From Phoronis australis (Eukaryota > Animalia > Phoronida): a stretch of 64,000 bases of DNA. The translations under genes were made by a program, and so were the position numbers. The DNA lies in NCBI GenBank assembly GCA_002633005.1, contig NMRA01000129.1, positions 562,570-626,569 on the forward strand. Direction: 5' to 3'. This document shows positions 52,313 to 64,000 of the stretch, piece by piece. How positions within the stretch are numbered: position 1 is the stretch's first letter; each line of letters begins with the position of its first letter. The notes beneath the pieces are model-generated. The model did not search any database. It saw only the letters and a program-made list of their open reading frames with translations, and was not told where the DNA came from.

Positions 52313-54932
52313 GTACGGTCATTAAATGTGAACATTATGTCCATTTAAATATATATTAAATGTGAACATTATGTCCATTTAAATATCCATTACTTTATTT
52401 TATATGTATTGCGTGCAGTAAATGAAGTTGGTCTGTCTGGTCTGACAAACAGTTGTCAATAACTTACTGTTGAAATTATGAACAAGTAGTAGTCTTTGGT
52501 TTTTCACAAAATGTGACTTTTGTAGTGCCAGGGCTTGGAATTTTATTCTTTTAAGTGGATTTCCTCTTTTTTGGTTTTGATTTCCTCTTATTTGATTTCC
52601 TGTCACCTCTTTCTTCGTCTCTTTTTTATCATTATTTTGACTTTATTCCTGCAAAAACATTTATTTCAGTTAAATTTTACAACACATAAAACATTTCTCT
52701 CACACAAGCAATTTGTGGATTGATTCATCACCTGGGAAAAATTCCTCATTTTTGGCCATTGGTCATGACAAGCCCTGAGTGTCTAGAATTACAAAAATAT
52801 TTTGTAAGTTTCAGTCTTAAGTTTGTTGGCTTATTTGCCAATTTTTGGAATGCAATGTATTTATTTAGACAAGAACCAGAATCACACCATAATTTTTTTT
52901 TTGCAAAATGTGGTTTGTTTGTATATAAGCAAAACAAGCTGTTGAGGTATTTCTTTAATATTCAGTATTTGTTTTGCTGCATTAGTTTATTTCTGACAAC
53001 ATTTTTACTATATCCCTTCAAAACAGTCTGGGGTCTATGACCTGTTATCGACCTTCTGTCAATGACCTTTCTTTTTCAGTTGGTATGTCTGAGTGAGGTC
53101 AAATGAGCAGCTGAGCTTGGGATGTCTTTACTGAATAGCTTTAGTTCTTTTGACTTATCTGAGGTTGTCTTTGTTATGCCTGGTGCTTGGGGGCCTTTGT
53201 TTCTAGCAAGGATTTGTTTGGCATTTGTCATGTGATACTGCTTTACAAAATGAATTTTTATCGGGCATGGAAAGTTCAGAAAACAAGTTGTGTTAAAGCC
53301 TACCGCAAAAGAAGATTGAAAAATACAGTTTCATCTTTTGTTTAACTTACACTATTGTACCCTTTTGTTATTGACTGCCCCATTTTTGTTTGAGGTCAAG
53401 GTTTAGTGTACCTGGTGCTACAAATAACCAAGGTTAAACTTTTGCTGTTTCCTTACTTCAGATCTCGTTTTTAATGTTCCAATAATTTCTAAATTGTTTT
53501 TGTCCACCTCTGTGCATTAGCACGAAGCAGGAGATATAGAAGGACTATCCAGACGAATGTCTATACACCACACATTCTTTTGGTGCAATATCTCAAAAAG
53601 GAAGCTGCAGATTTTGTTCATATTCTGTATTGAGGTGAAATGGCAGGTGGCAGTCGATTTTGGTGACCTTGACATCATTTACAAGGTCACCATGAGAATA
53701 TTAAGTTTTTAGTTTGAAAATGTTGCTGGTGTGATATCCCAAGAAGGAATCTTGAGATTTTGTTTGTATTATGCACCACGATGTCGGGGATATCTGCAGA
53801 TTCTCATTGATTTGCGTGAGATTTTACTATATAATAGGTGCGGGTACAACACCTAGAAAGGTATTTGATTGCATGTTATACCTTTGTAGAAAACGTAGTG
53901 CCACCATCAACAGTCAAAAAGCCTTATAATAATTTCGCAGACGAGTGGAATTACAACTTGTCAAGTTTATTAACAAAATGAATGTTGAGTAAATTTTCTT
54001 CCTGGCTAACATAGTTTGCACTGGATGCTTCACTGAGCAAAATTTGGTAAACTTTCTTGAACATTCACAGCAATGTGGCAAATTTTTGAAAAATTTCCCA
54101 AATTGAATTATTTTTACCACTAACTAAGTGAATTTCCAGGAAACTGAAGACAAGTGAATCTCCATTTGTTCATAACTTTTGGACTATATTCCATTACATT
54201 GTGCCATGTAATAGAACAGGTACATAATTGTTTGAGAGGCTTATGTTACAGGCCCAGACATTTCCTTCCTCTGTTTACTAGAGGGATGGAGTAATTATTT
54301 CAAATTACTTAGTATATATGAGGTGATCATTCATCCAGTGGTGAAATGTGATACGGCAATTTGTCTCGACTTGCTTGTACAATTCAACCTTGCTTGGTAC
54401 AGGGTATTGTTCAAAGTAACCTGCTCTTTGCTTAGTCTCTTGACACCATTCTGATTGCCAGCAATTGCAACCAGTGGGAGCGAAATTATGATTAGCGGAC
54501 CTTTTGCTTTGCTCTCCATCGCCACTATTTACATTGATTGTTGCTGTTGTAGATCCCTCAGAATCAACTAAACTACTCAAAATGGGAAATTTTGCTTGTG
54601 CCAAGTTTTATCCCCTAGTTTCCAGGCAATTGAATTAATGAACATAATTCATACTTTTGTTCAGTACGTAATTCTATCATTTGGTTTGTTAGTATGAGTT
54701 TTCATCCCAAGGTGAAAGAACACAGCGTTACTTAGGTCAAACTGAAGTCACTAAGTTCAAAATAACCAAGTTGGTATCACTGACTCTTTATGGTTAATTA
54801 GTTAATGAATTTCATACAAACCGTGATGTTACCATTTGTAATTAGAAAGTGGCATTATTGAAGAACAAATAGCATTAGCTAAGGGGTTTTAAAAGCTAAA
54901 TATGAAACAGGATATTAGAAATGTCATGTTTT

Positions 54933-55290
54933 CTACTTGTTCTTGTATACTGACTTATTGTTAGACATATTTCTATTTGGGTAACAAGAAAATAATTGCA
55001 TAAGATCACGCTCAGAGAGTGATAATTAGAGGAGAGAAGAGTAATTGGAACGATGTTCAATTAGGCAGAGAACAAAACATAGTAAAATGTGCAAAAATAG
55101 AATACACTATACGCTACTTGTTCTTGTATTATTCTTCTTGACTTATACTCAGACATAGTCTTGAAATCTGTTTAGATAATGAGAGAATAATTGCATAAGA
55201 GTACGGTCAGTGAGAGTGGTAATTAGAGGAGAGAACACTAATTAGAAAGATGTTCAATTAGGCAGAGAAAAAATGTAGTAAAATGTGCAA
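54933..55290. repeat. Diverged tandem duplication of about 180 bp
   Basis: ctacttgttcttgtat...taattagaggagagaa...gatgttcaattaggcagag...tagtaaaatgtgcaa, two copies. Confidence 0.8.
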
Positions 55291-55947
55291 CATTGTGTCT
55301 GCATGTTGTAGATTTCAGCTTGTGGACTTCAGCTTAGCAGCTGATATTTCGACCACATCATCCTCTTCTGTTAAGGTGTTATCTGATCTTCTCCAGAGGA
55401 GTTTTATACAATTTGACATTATAACATCTCACACACCCTTTTGTGCCCTGTGTAAATAAGTAACATGAAGGACAAGGTCTCATGTGGTATATGGTGTATA
55501 GTACAAGGGTGCTCAGTGTTCAGACAGTTGTGATGGTGAAATGAAACGGTTCTTGAAGATGCATATATCTAAAACTGTCTTCCAATATGATTATGCTTTA
55601 TCTAGTCATCTCTGCAGTACAGGTGATGATTTTGAATCCAGGGATATTATGTGAGATTGTGAGGACTGGTTTAGAAGAGGGTTTAGTAGGCATTACATGA
55701 ATGCATAGAGAAACCTCTTAGAACTAGCAGAGGGTCTGAGATTTCAACCCTCTCACATGTGGTACAGGACCAAAGCTCCATCTATTGGTCAAAACACAAG
55801 TAACCTAGTTGATGTGCATGAGATATGAATGCTATGTCTACGCGAGTACATTAGTTCAAATATTGCATTTCATTCATTCTTTTCTCCAACAACTGGATGC
55901 CTCAAAATTGTCATGCTTATGTATTTAACCCGTGATCCTAATTTCAG

Positions 55948-56090
55948 TGGTGTGATGGAGGACGGAAAGGTTATGTCGAACATCCAGCAGAACCGATCCC
56001 CGAGCACACTGCCCGTGCGTCCTCCTGGCATTTTCCGCGAATGGAATGTTGATACCAAGTCCGACTACGGATTCACCAATGGCCTTCCTA
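55948..56090 (+). CDS. HIF1A: HIF-alpha exon 8 (GVMEDGKVMSNIQQ...GFTNGLP)
   Basis: tttcag acceptor and GTATGT donor; phase 2/1; SG.......S..Q post-PAC pattern. Confidence 0.85.
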
Positions 56091-57704
56091 GTATGTATCT
56101 TTCACTCCAAAACACATGTATCCAGATAACTAGTCACGAAACGTGAAGCACCTATTTTTTCGAAATCCTCTGGTAGTAGTTGCTTTGAGTTATATGTGTT
56201 CAGTAACATGTCTCTATCTTTTCATATGACAAATAGCTGGGTCCAGGGGTGAATCTCTGTACTCGAAGCTCTATTAAAATTTACCAATAGCCATTTACCA
56301 ATAGCCATTTACCAATAAGCAGCGGCATGATGTCACTCGATAGTGTATTTGGAAAGTGTGCTGCATTTTTTTGTATGAATTTATTGCAATGGGATATTTC
56401 CCAGTGTTTTCTATAACTTCTTTTCCATCATCTTGCTGTCAAACTGTCACTATTTATTATTCAGTCGATTAACACAAAAATGTCCAGGGTCTCAAAATGT
56501 CCGTTTAAGAAATTGAATTTTGTCCTTGCCAACTCCGCCCGTCTTGCATGTCAAAATTTGAAATTGGTCAAGTGAATTACTTTTTTGTACACACACTACG
56601 CTAAAGAGTTGTATTTACCCATAGAATGTTTCTATTGCGTGGCACACTTTGAATTAACTTACGAATTTGTACTCGAGTCATGTGGCATGATTGTTTAACT
56701 TTCGAGTCATGGCTTGAGTCTTGAGTTTTGAGATTTGACCCTGATGACTATTAGGCATAATTAAATGAAAGAAAGACATGGCTCTGAGTGTATCATTTAC
56801 TTCTTTTTCAATTTTAGTTATTTCAGAAGACTGCAGTGAACTAATTCTCACCAATTATAAACAAAAAATGTTGATATAATAGAAGACTTTCCTGATAGAG
56901 GCAAATTAAATGTAACTATAAGGTAGATTGGGTTAATAATATAAATCATTATTTCATTCTTATTCAGAAAGAAAAATATTCTTTTTTCTGTATAATTGAG
57001 TACTTTGAGGTCCCCATCTCAAGTCGGTTGATGTAAGAAAATTGCTTGTTGTCGTGCTTTGTGGCACGCGACATAGGAAATGACATTTTTGTGACTTTTC
57101 AACATTCAACTTTTGAAAAGTCACAGTTTGAAGTTGCTGTCTTTGGAATTGAGGTAAATGTCTCCTTGGCATTTTTAATTGAATACCTATGTGTTCATTT
57201 GTTCGCTGTCACTGTTTTGGATTAAAGTTAAAATGGAATTTGAGTATAAAATGATCTCGTTTTGATTCTGTGTTTGGCTGACTGAGCTGAATTTATAAAC
57301 TATCAAAAGAAAAATTGGCCTTTGGCTGCACTGCATGTGTCATGTGAATTCAAAACACGTGTGATACAGTGAGGTAGCCAACGAAATAGTGTCTACTAAC
57401 CACACTATGTCACTACTTACTGGACACTGGTTATTGTCTTGCCATTTTCATCACAAAACTTTCAATATTTATCGCGCAAAGTATCAACCTTTCTGGGGTC
57501 AGTTTCATGACAAGTGATTTGAGATTTAAGTAAAAAATTTGGTCTTGCTCTCTCACTTCATAAAGGTGTAGCCGCGTAATCATTGAAACATCGCAGCCCA
57601 GAAATAATTTGTAGAAGTCATCTCGCATACTGGCATTTATGTGCATATTCTCAGAGTTAGCGTAAGCTCTTATGTAACATTGTTCCTTGATTTTGTACCT
57701 CCAG

Positions 57705-57800
57705 AAATTGAAGAGTTGGATCCGGATGAGCAGAGCCTGTATGCTCCTCACTCCGGCGAGTATCTTATTCCGCTGGACTTTTCCTCGTTTGCACAACCTG
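57705..57800 (+). CDS. HIF1A: HIF-alpha exon 9 containing the NODD-like motif (IEELDPDEQSLYAPHSGEYLIPLDFSSFAQP)
   Basis: Aligns to the vertebrate [21 protein letters not shown]; GT-AG; phase 1/1. Confidence 0.88.
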
Positions 57801-58867
57801 GTATGTAAGATTTGTCAGAGTGAACTTGTGGCACGACTTGAGATGTTGTGACAAAATGTATCACCAGAGTCATCTCAAGTCCTTGATAATCATTACTGGA
57901 TGTCACTGACGGGTTGGACATCATGTTACAATTGAATATTTTGTCATTCATTATATTGTGGAAATAATAGAGGCTAATAAAGACAGAAGTTACGTAGCAC
58001 TTTTCTATTGCAGATAATGACCAGTGTCTCTTGTTGTGCACGCTATTTACTGACCATCGGCCATTCACAAAGTTATCAGTTAACCAGCTTTGTGTAGCAT
58101 TACGAGGAAATGCTGTTAATACCAGTTGTTGGTTTTTACAGAAATGACATGACATAGCGGCCTAAGAGAAACTTTGAGTAATTTTAGTTAGTTCCTATTT
58201 CAGCAGCCAATAAGTTTCAGCTTTTAGTCTTGAAATTACGTAAAGAGTTTCAATTTATCAGTAATTAGGGCAAAACATTTTTTACAAATCATGATTGGGA
58301 GCTGTTCTCATTCATAATTTTATCCTGTATAAGCTTAAAATTTTCAGTAACATGTCATAGAAGCTGACATGTTGCATGTCGCCCATCACTACCTCATCAG
58401 ATGTCCATGCAACAGGCAAATCCAATACTTTTGGGATTATTGATATTATGCCCAATAGGAGTCAGTACATGCATCTGAGGTATGGTTGTAAGATCCAACA
58501 CTTAGATTGGATTATGAAGAAGCACTGCTCTTTGTTTCTAAGACATAGATATTGCTGAAATGTGAATTTCACTGTTGAATTACCACATAGTCAGTAAGAG
58601 ACGTCATCTGACTCACTGATAAGTTTCATACAGTTTTAATATATTCCACAAGTCCGTTATCTTGTTTTGAAAAGTCTGGGAATTTCTTGGTCAAAATTTT
58701 GTGGCGGGCAATGCTACTACAGAAGGGATACTCTTTTCTTTTCAGGAGTTGAGCTAAGCTGGAAACTGGTGAAACATGTTTGAGGCAGTCGTATGTGTTG
58801 GGTTTAAGTAACGCAGACTGCACTCTCAATCTCCGCTTAATAAACTATTGATCCTTTTTACAACCAG

Positions 58868-58986
58868 GAGAGCACCACGATGTTCTGGGCGATCTTCTCG
58901 ACACAAAGACTGATGTGCCTTACAAGAATGAGCCGGCCCTCTACAGCTGTGGAAACACTAAGGAATCCGTGTGCGCTAGTCCAGAG
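58868..58986 (+). CDS. HIF1A: HIF-alpha exon 10 (GEHHDVLGDLLDTK...VCASPE)
   Basis: GC-richer open segment with accag acceptor and GTAGGC donor; phase 1/0 fits its neighbours. Confidence 0.75.
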
Positions 58987-59990
58987 GTAGGCACCTGTTG
59001 GAAGGACCGGACAATGAACGGCAAATCATGTTAACCATTCAGTTTAAGGAACTCAGAACTCGTGACTCTGCTTTTTAAAAAATAGGGAGCAGCTACGTTT
59101 TTTGTTCGTAAACAGTGCTGGGGCTAACATGTAGTAAAATTACAAGCAATAGTTTGCATCTTGAATGTCTATTGGACTGTGTTGCTGTTTGTTCAAAGTT
59201 GTCTCACTGGCTGTGTTTGTAATTAGCTTGCTCAGTTTGGAGTTTTCAGAGCTTATAGGTTGATTTCTGTTGACTTGAGCTTTACTGTGGAGCAGTGGTT
59301 TTAAGTTTGCGCTCTGCGGTTTGCTTAAACCTGCCAATATCCTGTTTTATTGCACCCACTCTGCATTTTTGTGATTATTCGGACATGTATTAAATTGCAG
59401 CATTCTAGATGACATGTCTGATGAAGGTACTTGGATATCAGGTTCTCGTCACCAGTTGCCCTTATTTGTCAAATTTCTAAACATAATTGCAGATCTCTGT
59501 TGGTTATTAACACCACCCTCATTGAAAGGGGATGTCCCCACAAATGCCCTTCCCTCTATCAGCACCTGTGCTTGTTTGCTATAGTCTTGGGTATTCCTTT
59601 ATTTAAATCACTTTCCTTATCGAGAATTTTGCAAATCATAAGTTGTAGCTAATGCAGCAATACACGTGTTCAAAGAATGACATTTGGTGAAGTTAGACTG
59701 AAAATTGACGATGAATGAGGACGGTTAAACTTGGAAATGATGATGAAAATTGACTTGGTCATTTGACAAATGAGTCATAAAAAGTCTTCAGAAATTGCAA
59801 AAACAGCTAATTATTGTGCAAATGGATGATTCCATTCTTTTAGTCCTCGCAAGATCTATTTACTTTTCAAGTCTGGAGTGGAAAACTTAAATTAAAGACT
59901 AGACGATATGTCGCCATCTAGGGGCTGCTTTCCACCCAAAACAATAGGTCTTGAGGTTTTGATGAGTTGTGCTGTGTTTCAAGTCTGGTG

Positions 59991-60135
59991 GACAAACACT
60001 GTGTCCTGTATGGTGCAAAGAAATGAACCAGTCTGGTACAAACACTGTGTCTTGTACGGTGCAAAGAAATAAACCAACCTGTTACAAACACTGTGTCATG
60101 TATGGTGCAAAGAAATGAACCAGCCTGGTACAAAA
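59991..60135. repeat. 46-bp tandem repeat, about 3 copies
   Basis: Unit acaaacactgtgtc.tgta.ggtgcaaagaaat.aacca..ctg.t. Confidence 0.85.
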
Positions 60136-60656
60136 CTTCACTTAAGAGTAACAGGAAATAATTTCTTTTGCGCTGACTTCCTGATCATGCGATTGCCTAT
60201 ACTCTGGTGAAACAAAGCAGTAGCCATTCTGTAATAACCATTTTGATGTGAACTTGGCCCCATCATGCTCTAGCTACACTTGTTACTGAAAAATGAACAC
60301 CAAGTTGTTTAAATCATCCAGTTTTGCCTTTGATATTGCAGTGAAAAGCTAATTAAAAATCAATTGTTTAAGATGAATTGGTGAGTAGCTGTGATGAAAT
60401 TTTTATTACAAAGTATAGATGGCAATCGTGAAAGTTTCTATTTTTAAGGAGGAACTTTTGTGGCAATAACCATTCCCTAGAGGGGCTGTCACGCTGATGA
60501 GACTGTCACCACCCAATTGTAATCTTCATTTCCTGGTGCTTTGCAAGTAAAAAAATATCCTTGTATTCGCTCTTGCATGTGCTATTCTTTGTCTACATTG
60601 TGCTTTGGCTTGCGCTTCCCGCTTTATGTGTAACCTTTTGCCAACTTCCTTTTCAG

Positions 60657-60770
60657 TTTACATGTCCGTCTTTTTACATGCAGCCAGCCGAAGATGTTCA
60701 CCCGTCCCACGATTCTGTCTCGCAGCAGTTTACAACGGACATTTTTGTGGAAAAGGATTTTGAGCTGGAT
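60657..60770 (+). CDS. HIF1A: HIF-alpha exon 11 (FTCPSFYMQPAEDV...EKDFELD)
   Basis: Polypyrimidine tract plus cag acceptor, GTAAGT donor, phase 0/0. An in-frame alternative acceptor is possible at 60683. Confidence 0.75.
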
Positions 60771-61177
60771 GTAAGTGACCTTGTTGTTGTTCTTGGGATA
60801 CGTGAAGATACGCTAAAAAGAAGTGCAAGGCACATGTCACGTCATTCTACCTCAGTCTGCTCACTAAAACCTGGTGTGCTCAAGTGTCTTAGTGAGATCT
60901 TGTGTTCCGCTTTTGGCAACATCCCACTGAAGTTTGCAAAACCTGCCTAGATTTGAAAGAGGCCAACTCATGTTTTGTTAATGTAGTCCAAGTTTTCCAA
61001 TTGTGCGCTTGTGCTTTATTTCTGCACAATTGTGGAATTGTAGTGTTAAAAATTGTTCTGTCTGGCTTAATGTAGTAGCACACGTTTTTTTCTCACTGTT
61101 TCGCACTGTGTGTCCTGACTTGGATTTGGCCAGTCATTGACACGGCCACAGGAATGATGTGTGTTATTCTGTTATAG

Positions 61178-61296
61178 AGCATGGACTGGGATCTGCGAGC
61201 CCCTTACATACCGATGAGCTGCGAGGAGGAGATTGGTATTTTCCAAGCTGGCGAGAACCTGTTTACAAATGCTTGCGACTTTGGAGAGTCCACCAA
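61178..61296 (+). CDS. HIF1A: HIF-alpha exon 12 containing the CODD (SMDWDLRAPYIPMSCEEE...GEST-K)
   Basis: APYIPM prolyl-hydroxylation motif; phase 0/2. Confidence 0.93.
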
Positions 61297-61938
61297 GTAC
61301 GTGTTAACACCAAGAGACATCGTATCGTATAGATACAAGACAATTGTTTGTAGTACTTCTGTGTACTGTCCGTAGCATTTGTTCAAAGTCAAGCAATCCT
61401 TAAAAATTGGCGGCACCCTTTGTTTTGGTTTGTGGAGTTAGCTTTTCAAACAACACACGTCGATAAAACCATGTATGGAATGAATTTCGTTGATTACTTG
61501 AAAGGGAAGTTTGTACCACTAACTTGATTTGTTCTAGTTTTGTGTTTGCGACTACTTCTTGACCGAATTAGCTCATGGGCCAGTTTGATGTACACGCCAT
61601 CTGAAGTTTGACGGTTACTACAGATGTCCAAACCCTAGATCTGACAAATTTCTTATTCTTGTATTCTCACGTGGAGATAGCTTTTGGGTAATTTATAACT
61701 TGAGGTAACTGTGAACTTTGTTTACCAAGTTGTACTTATGTGCAATAATTCCGTTAGCTCTAACCACAAAAAAAATTTATCATTATTTACTTTCAATAAA
61801 TAAATGCTTTGCTGTCTTTGCTTTGTATTTCATAGCATTCATAGCACACAAGCCCAAAAGGTTTTACATTATCTATGTAACAGATCAGTTTTGCTATGCT
61901 CATTATGTATCAAATTTATTCCTTCTTATTTCTGCCAG

Positions 61939-62303
61939 GATTCTGGGTGTAACTGACACCGTGTTCTCATCCCTGCCCCCCAGTCCACCAGCCAACCTCC
62001 CGGTGACGACCACTTGCCAGGCTCCAACAAGCCTGTCCTTCTCTATCCTGCCAACGTCACCTGCTCTGAGCCCGCCTGTCGCCAATACAATGTCTTGTAT
62101 ATCTATGGCGGAGGCCGACTCAACCATCAGAGGCTCACCAAGAGGCAGTCCAGGTATGGTGTCGTCAGGACAACAGTTGATTCATAAACGCAAACATGGC
62201 CCAGAGGAGCCAGGCGACACTCGCTGGAAGCAACCAAAGTATTTAGACTCGCCCTTCCCACCAGCAGCCATGCCGCCATTATCGACGAGTAGAAAAGCCA
62301 GTG
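61939..62303 (+). CDS. HIF1A: HIF-alpha exon 13 (Pro/Ser-rich, with a KRK...KQPK bipartite NLS-like motif); gene continues beyond the window
   Basis: tgccag acceptor and GTAAGC donor; phase 2/1; open frame of 365 nt. Confidence 0.82.
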
Positions 62304-64000
62304 GTAAGCAAGTCACTAACATGAAACGGAAAGCTTAAAGCCTATCGTCAACGGTAACTCATGTAAATTTGGTTCCTGCAGTATGTTATGAGCATCGCAC
62401 TGAGCCCGCTAGTGCCATAAATTGCCAAATTAACGCACTGTTAGATGTATTCGCTTGCTTTTGTCTACGTCATCGCAAGAATCGCCTTTTAATTCAAACA
62501 GCTGCGAAAAACACTCTCACGCAATGGTGTTCTATTCAGACCCTTATTCAGTACAACCATTTGTTGCTTGTGCTGGGATTTCGCGGTGACGCAACATGGC
62601 TCGAAAAGGCAGCTTCACTTATCATTTGACAGGCTTACACCTGCGTGATTGAACTCGCGTTTTCTTATTTTACTAAGGCTTTTCTAGCACTGTCTGGTTT
62701 GCCTAATACATCTAAAGTAACAAAATTCCGTTGAAGTTAGGCTTTAAAAGGATACCAAACCCGGTTTTGGCCTATTAACAGGACTGGTATTAAGAACGAC
62801 TTTCCCATCCAATTCTCTGAAACAAAATAATGCTCTGTAACCCTCAAACGTTTGGAAGAAAATTTGAAAACTCCTTTGAAAGTCTGCTTAAGGGGAAAGC
62901 ATGACCTACACTTTTAGTGAATTACTCGGCAGCTGTGGGGAAAGACCACCCACTAAGCATTATAATATTCAATCTATGACATATGGAGTGCCAGTTTTTA
63001 GTTGATTCCAGCTTTTATCTTTCAAGGGGAATCCCTTTTGCATTTGCAGGTGACACTACAAAGATAATGGTTGAAATCATTGAAATAGGCTTTAGTATCC
63101 TTAAGTGGCACTTTTCTTGTTGGAAGTATTGATTTAATTTAACAAATGTCACGTCTCTAATGATAAATGTTCCGTGACCTCTGTTACCATGTGAAAAGCT
63201 GCAGTGACCTTTAGTTAACTCCTAATACAAATTGAAGGGTTTTGGTAATTTGATTTAAAAAATTTCCAGTTGCCAACAAAAACAGTGTACTGATGAACTT
63301 GCTTCTGAAGAACGATGATGGTATCTATGGAAGTCGTGGCAAGCAGATTGACAAAGTGACCAGCACCCTGTTGGTAAGTCACGGATTGATGAGGTTTTAT
63401 TAGGTTGTGTTCCATTTTGTCATTTTTACAACCTGGTTGCTGGTCATGTTTTCAACTTTTTGGTCATTTGTACCCATATCCCACACTCTATTTACGTTGG
63501 GGGTTCTGCAGTACATTCCAAATCTAGATTTAACACCTGAGCACTAGAGACAATGTGAAGTTATGAAAACTCCAACCCTGAGAAAGTACCACTAAAAAGG
63601 GGAAATAACTGACCAAAGTTGGCGTCTCTCATATGGGAGAGCCGGACCGCGACAAGTAGAGGACTCGAGACTGGCGTTTTCACTAGTTTTACGCAGTTTG
63701 TATGTTGCCTGCTTGTGTAATAAAAGTCAAAATGTTTTTACAGCCAAGCCGACCTGGAACTATTCGTCCGAATGGTCAGAAATGGTCCATTATGAGCCCC
63801 CTGCAGAACCGTGAACATGGGGGAGGGAAGATGGCTGACTTTATGGACTTGTCTTCCATCTGATGTTGCTGTCGATCTCTGGGTAACAGGTTGAAATGAG
63901 ACTTGAAGGATCTTGCTGTTATGTGCACAATTGTTGTTTACTGTAAACATTTTAATTCTATGCCATCCGTTTACAATTGTTGTGTAATTAGTATGGGAGG

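Noticed and set aside
63040-63820. Candidate further HIF exons after acceptors at about 63049 and 63743
   Set aside because: The frames hit stops quickly and show no C-TAD similarity.

Overview
Eukaryotic, intron-rich, AT-rich animal genomic DNA from a draft assembly with N gaps. It is probably an invertebrate; the taxon cannot be fixed from the sequence alone. Two spliced genes lie head-to-head about 5.3 kb apart. VWA8 (mitochondrial AAA+/vWA ATPase) is on the minus strand, with 10 coding exons reconstructed from ATG 10497 to 941, continuing off the left edge. A HIF-alpha (bHLH-PAS) gene is on the plus strand, with 13 coding exons from ATG 15798 to 62303; its C-TAD is not in the window. All reconstructed introns are GT-AG and phase-consistent. 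Both HIF oxygen-degron motifs deviate from LxxLAP (QSLYAP and WDLRAPYIPM). The introns and intergenic DNA are dense in mobile elements. These include a miniature LTR element (TRIM) with tRNA-like Pol III boxes in its LTRs, and a Penelope-like GIY-YIG fragment with inverted pseudo-LTRs carrying a variant minimal hammerhead ribozyme. There is also a TSD-bounded RNase H-type LINE split in-frame by an antisense Tx1-type LINE fragment, a nest of TTAA (Kolobok-like) elements holding a palindromic tRNA-bearing element, several MITEs, SINEs and minisatellites. Most ORFs in the supplied track are spurious.
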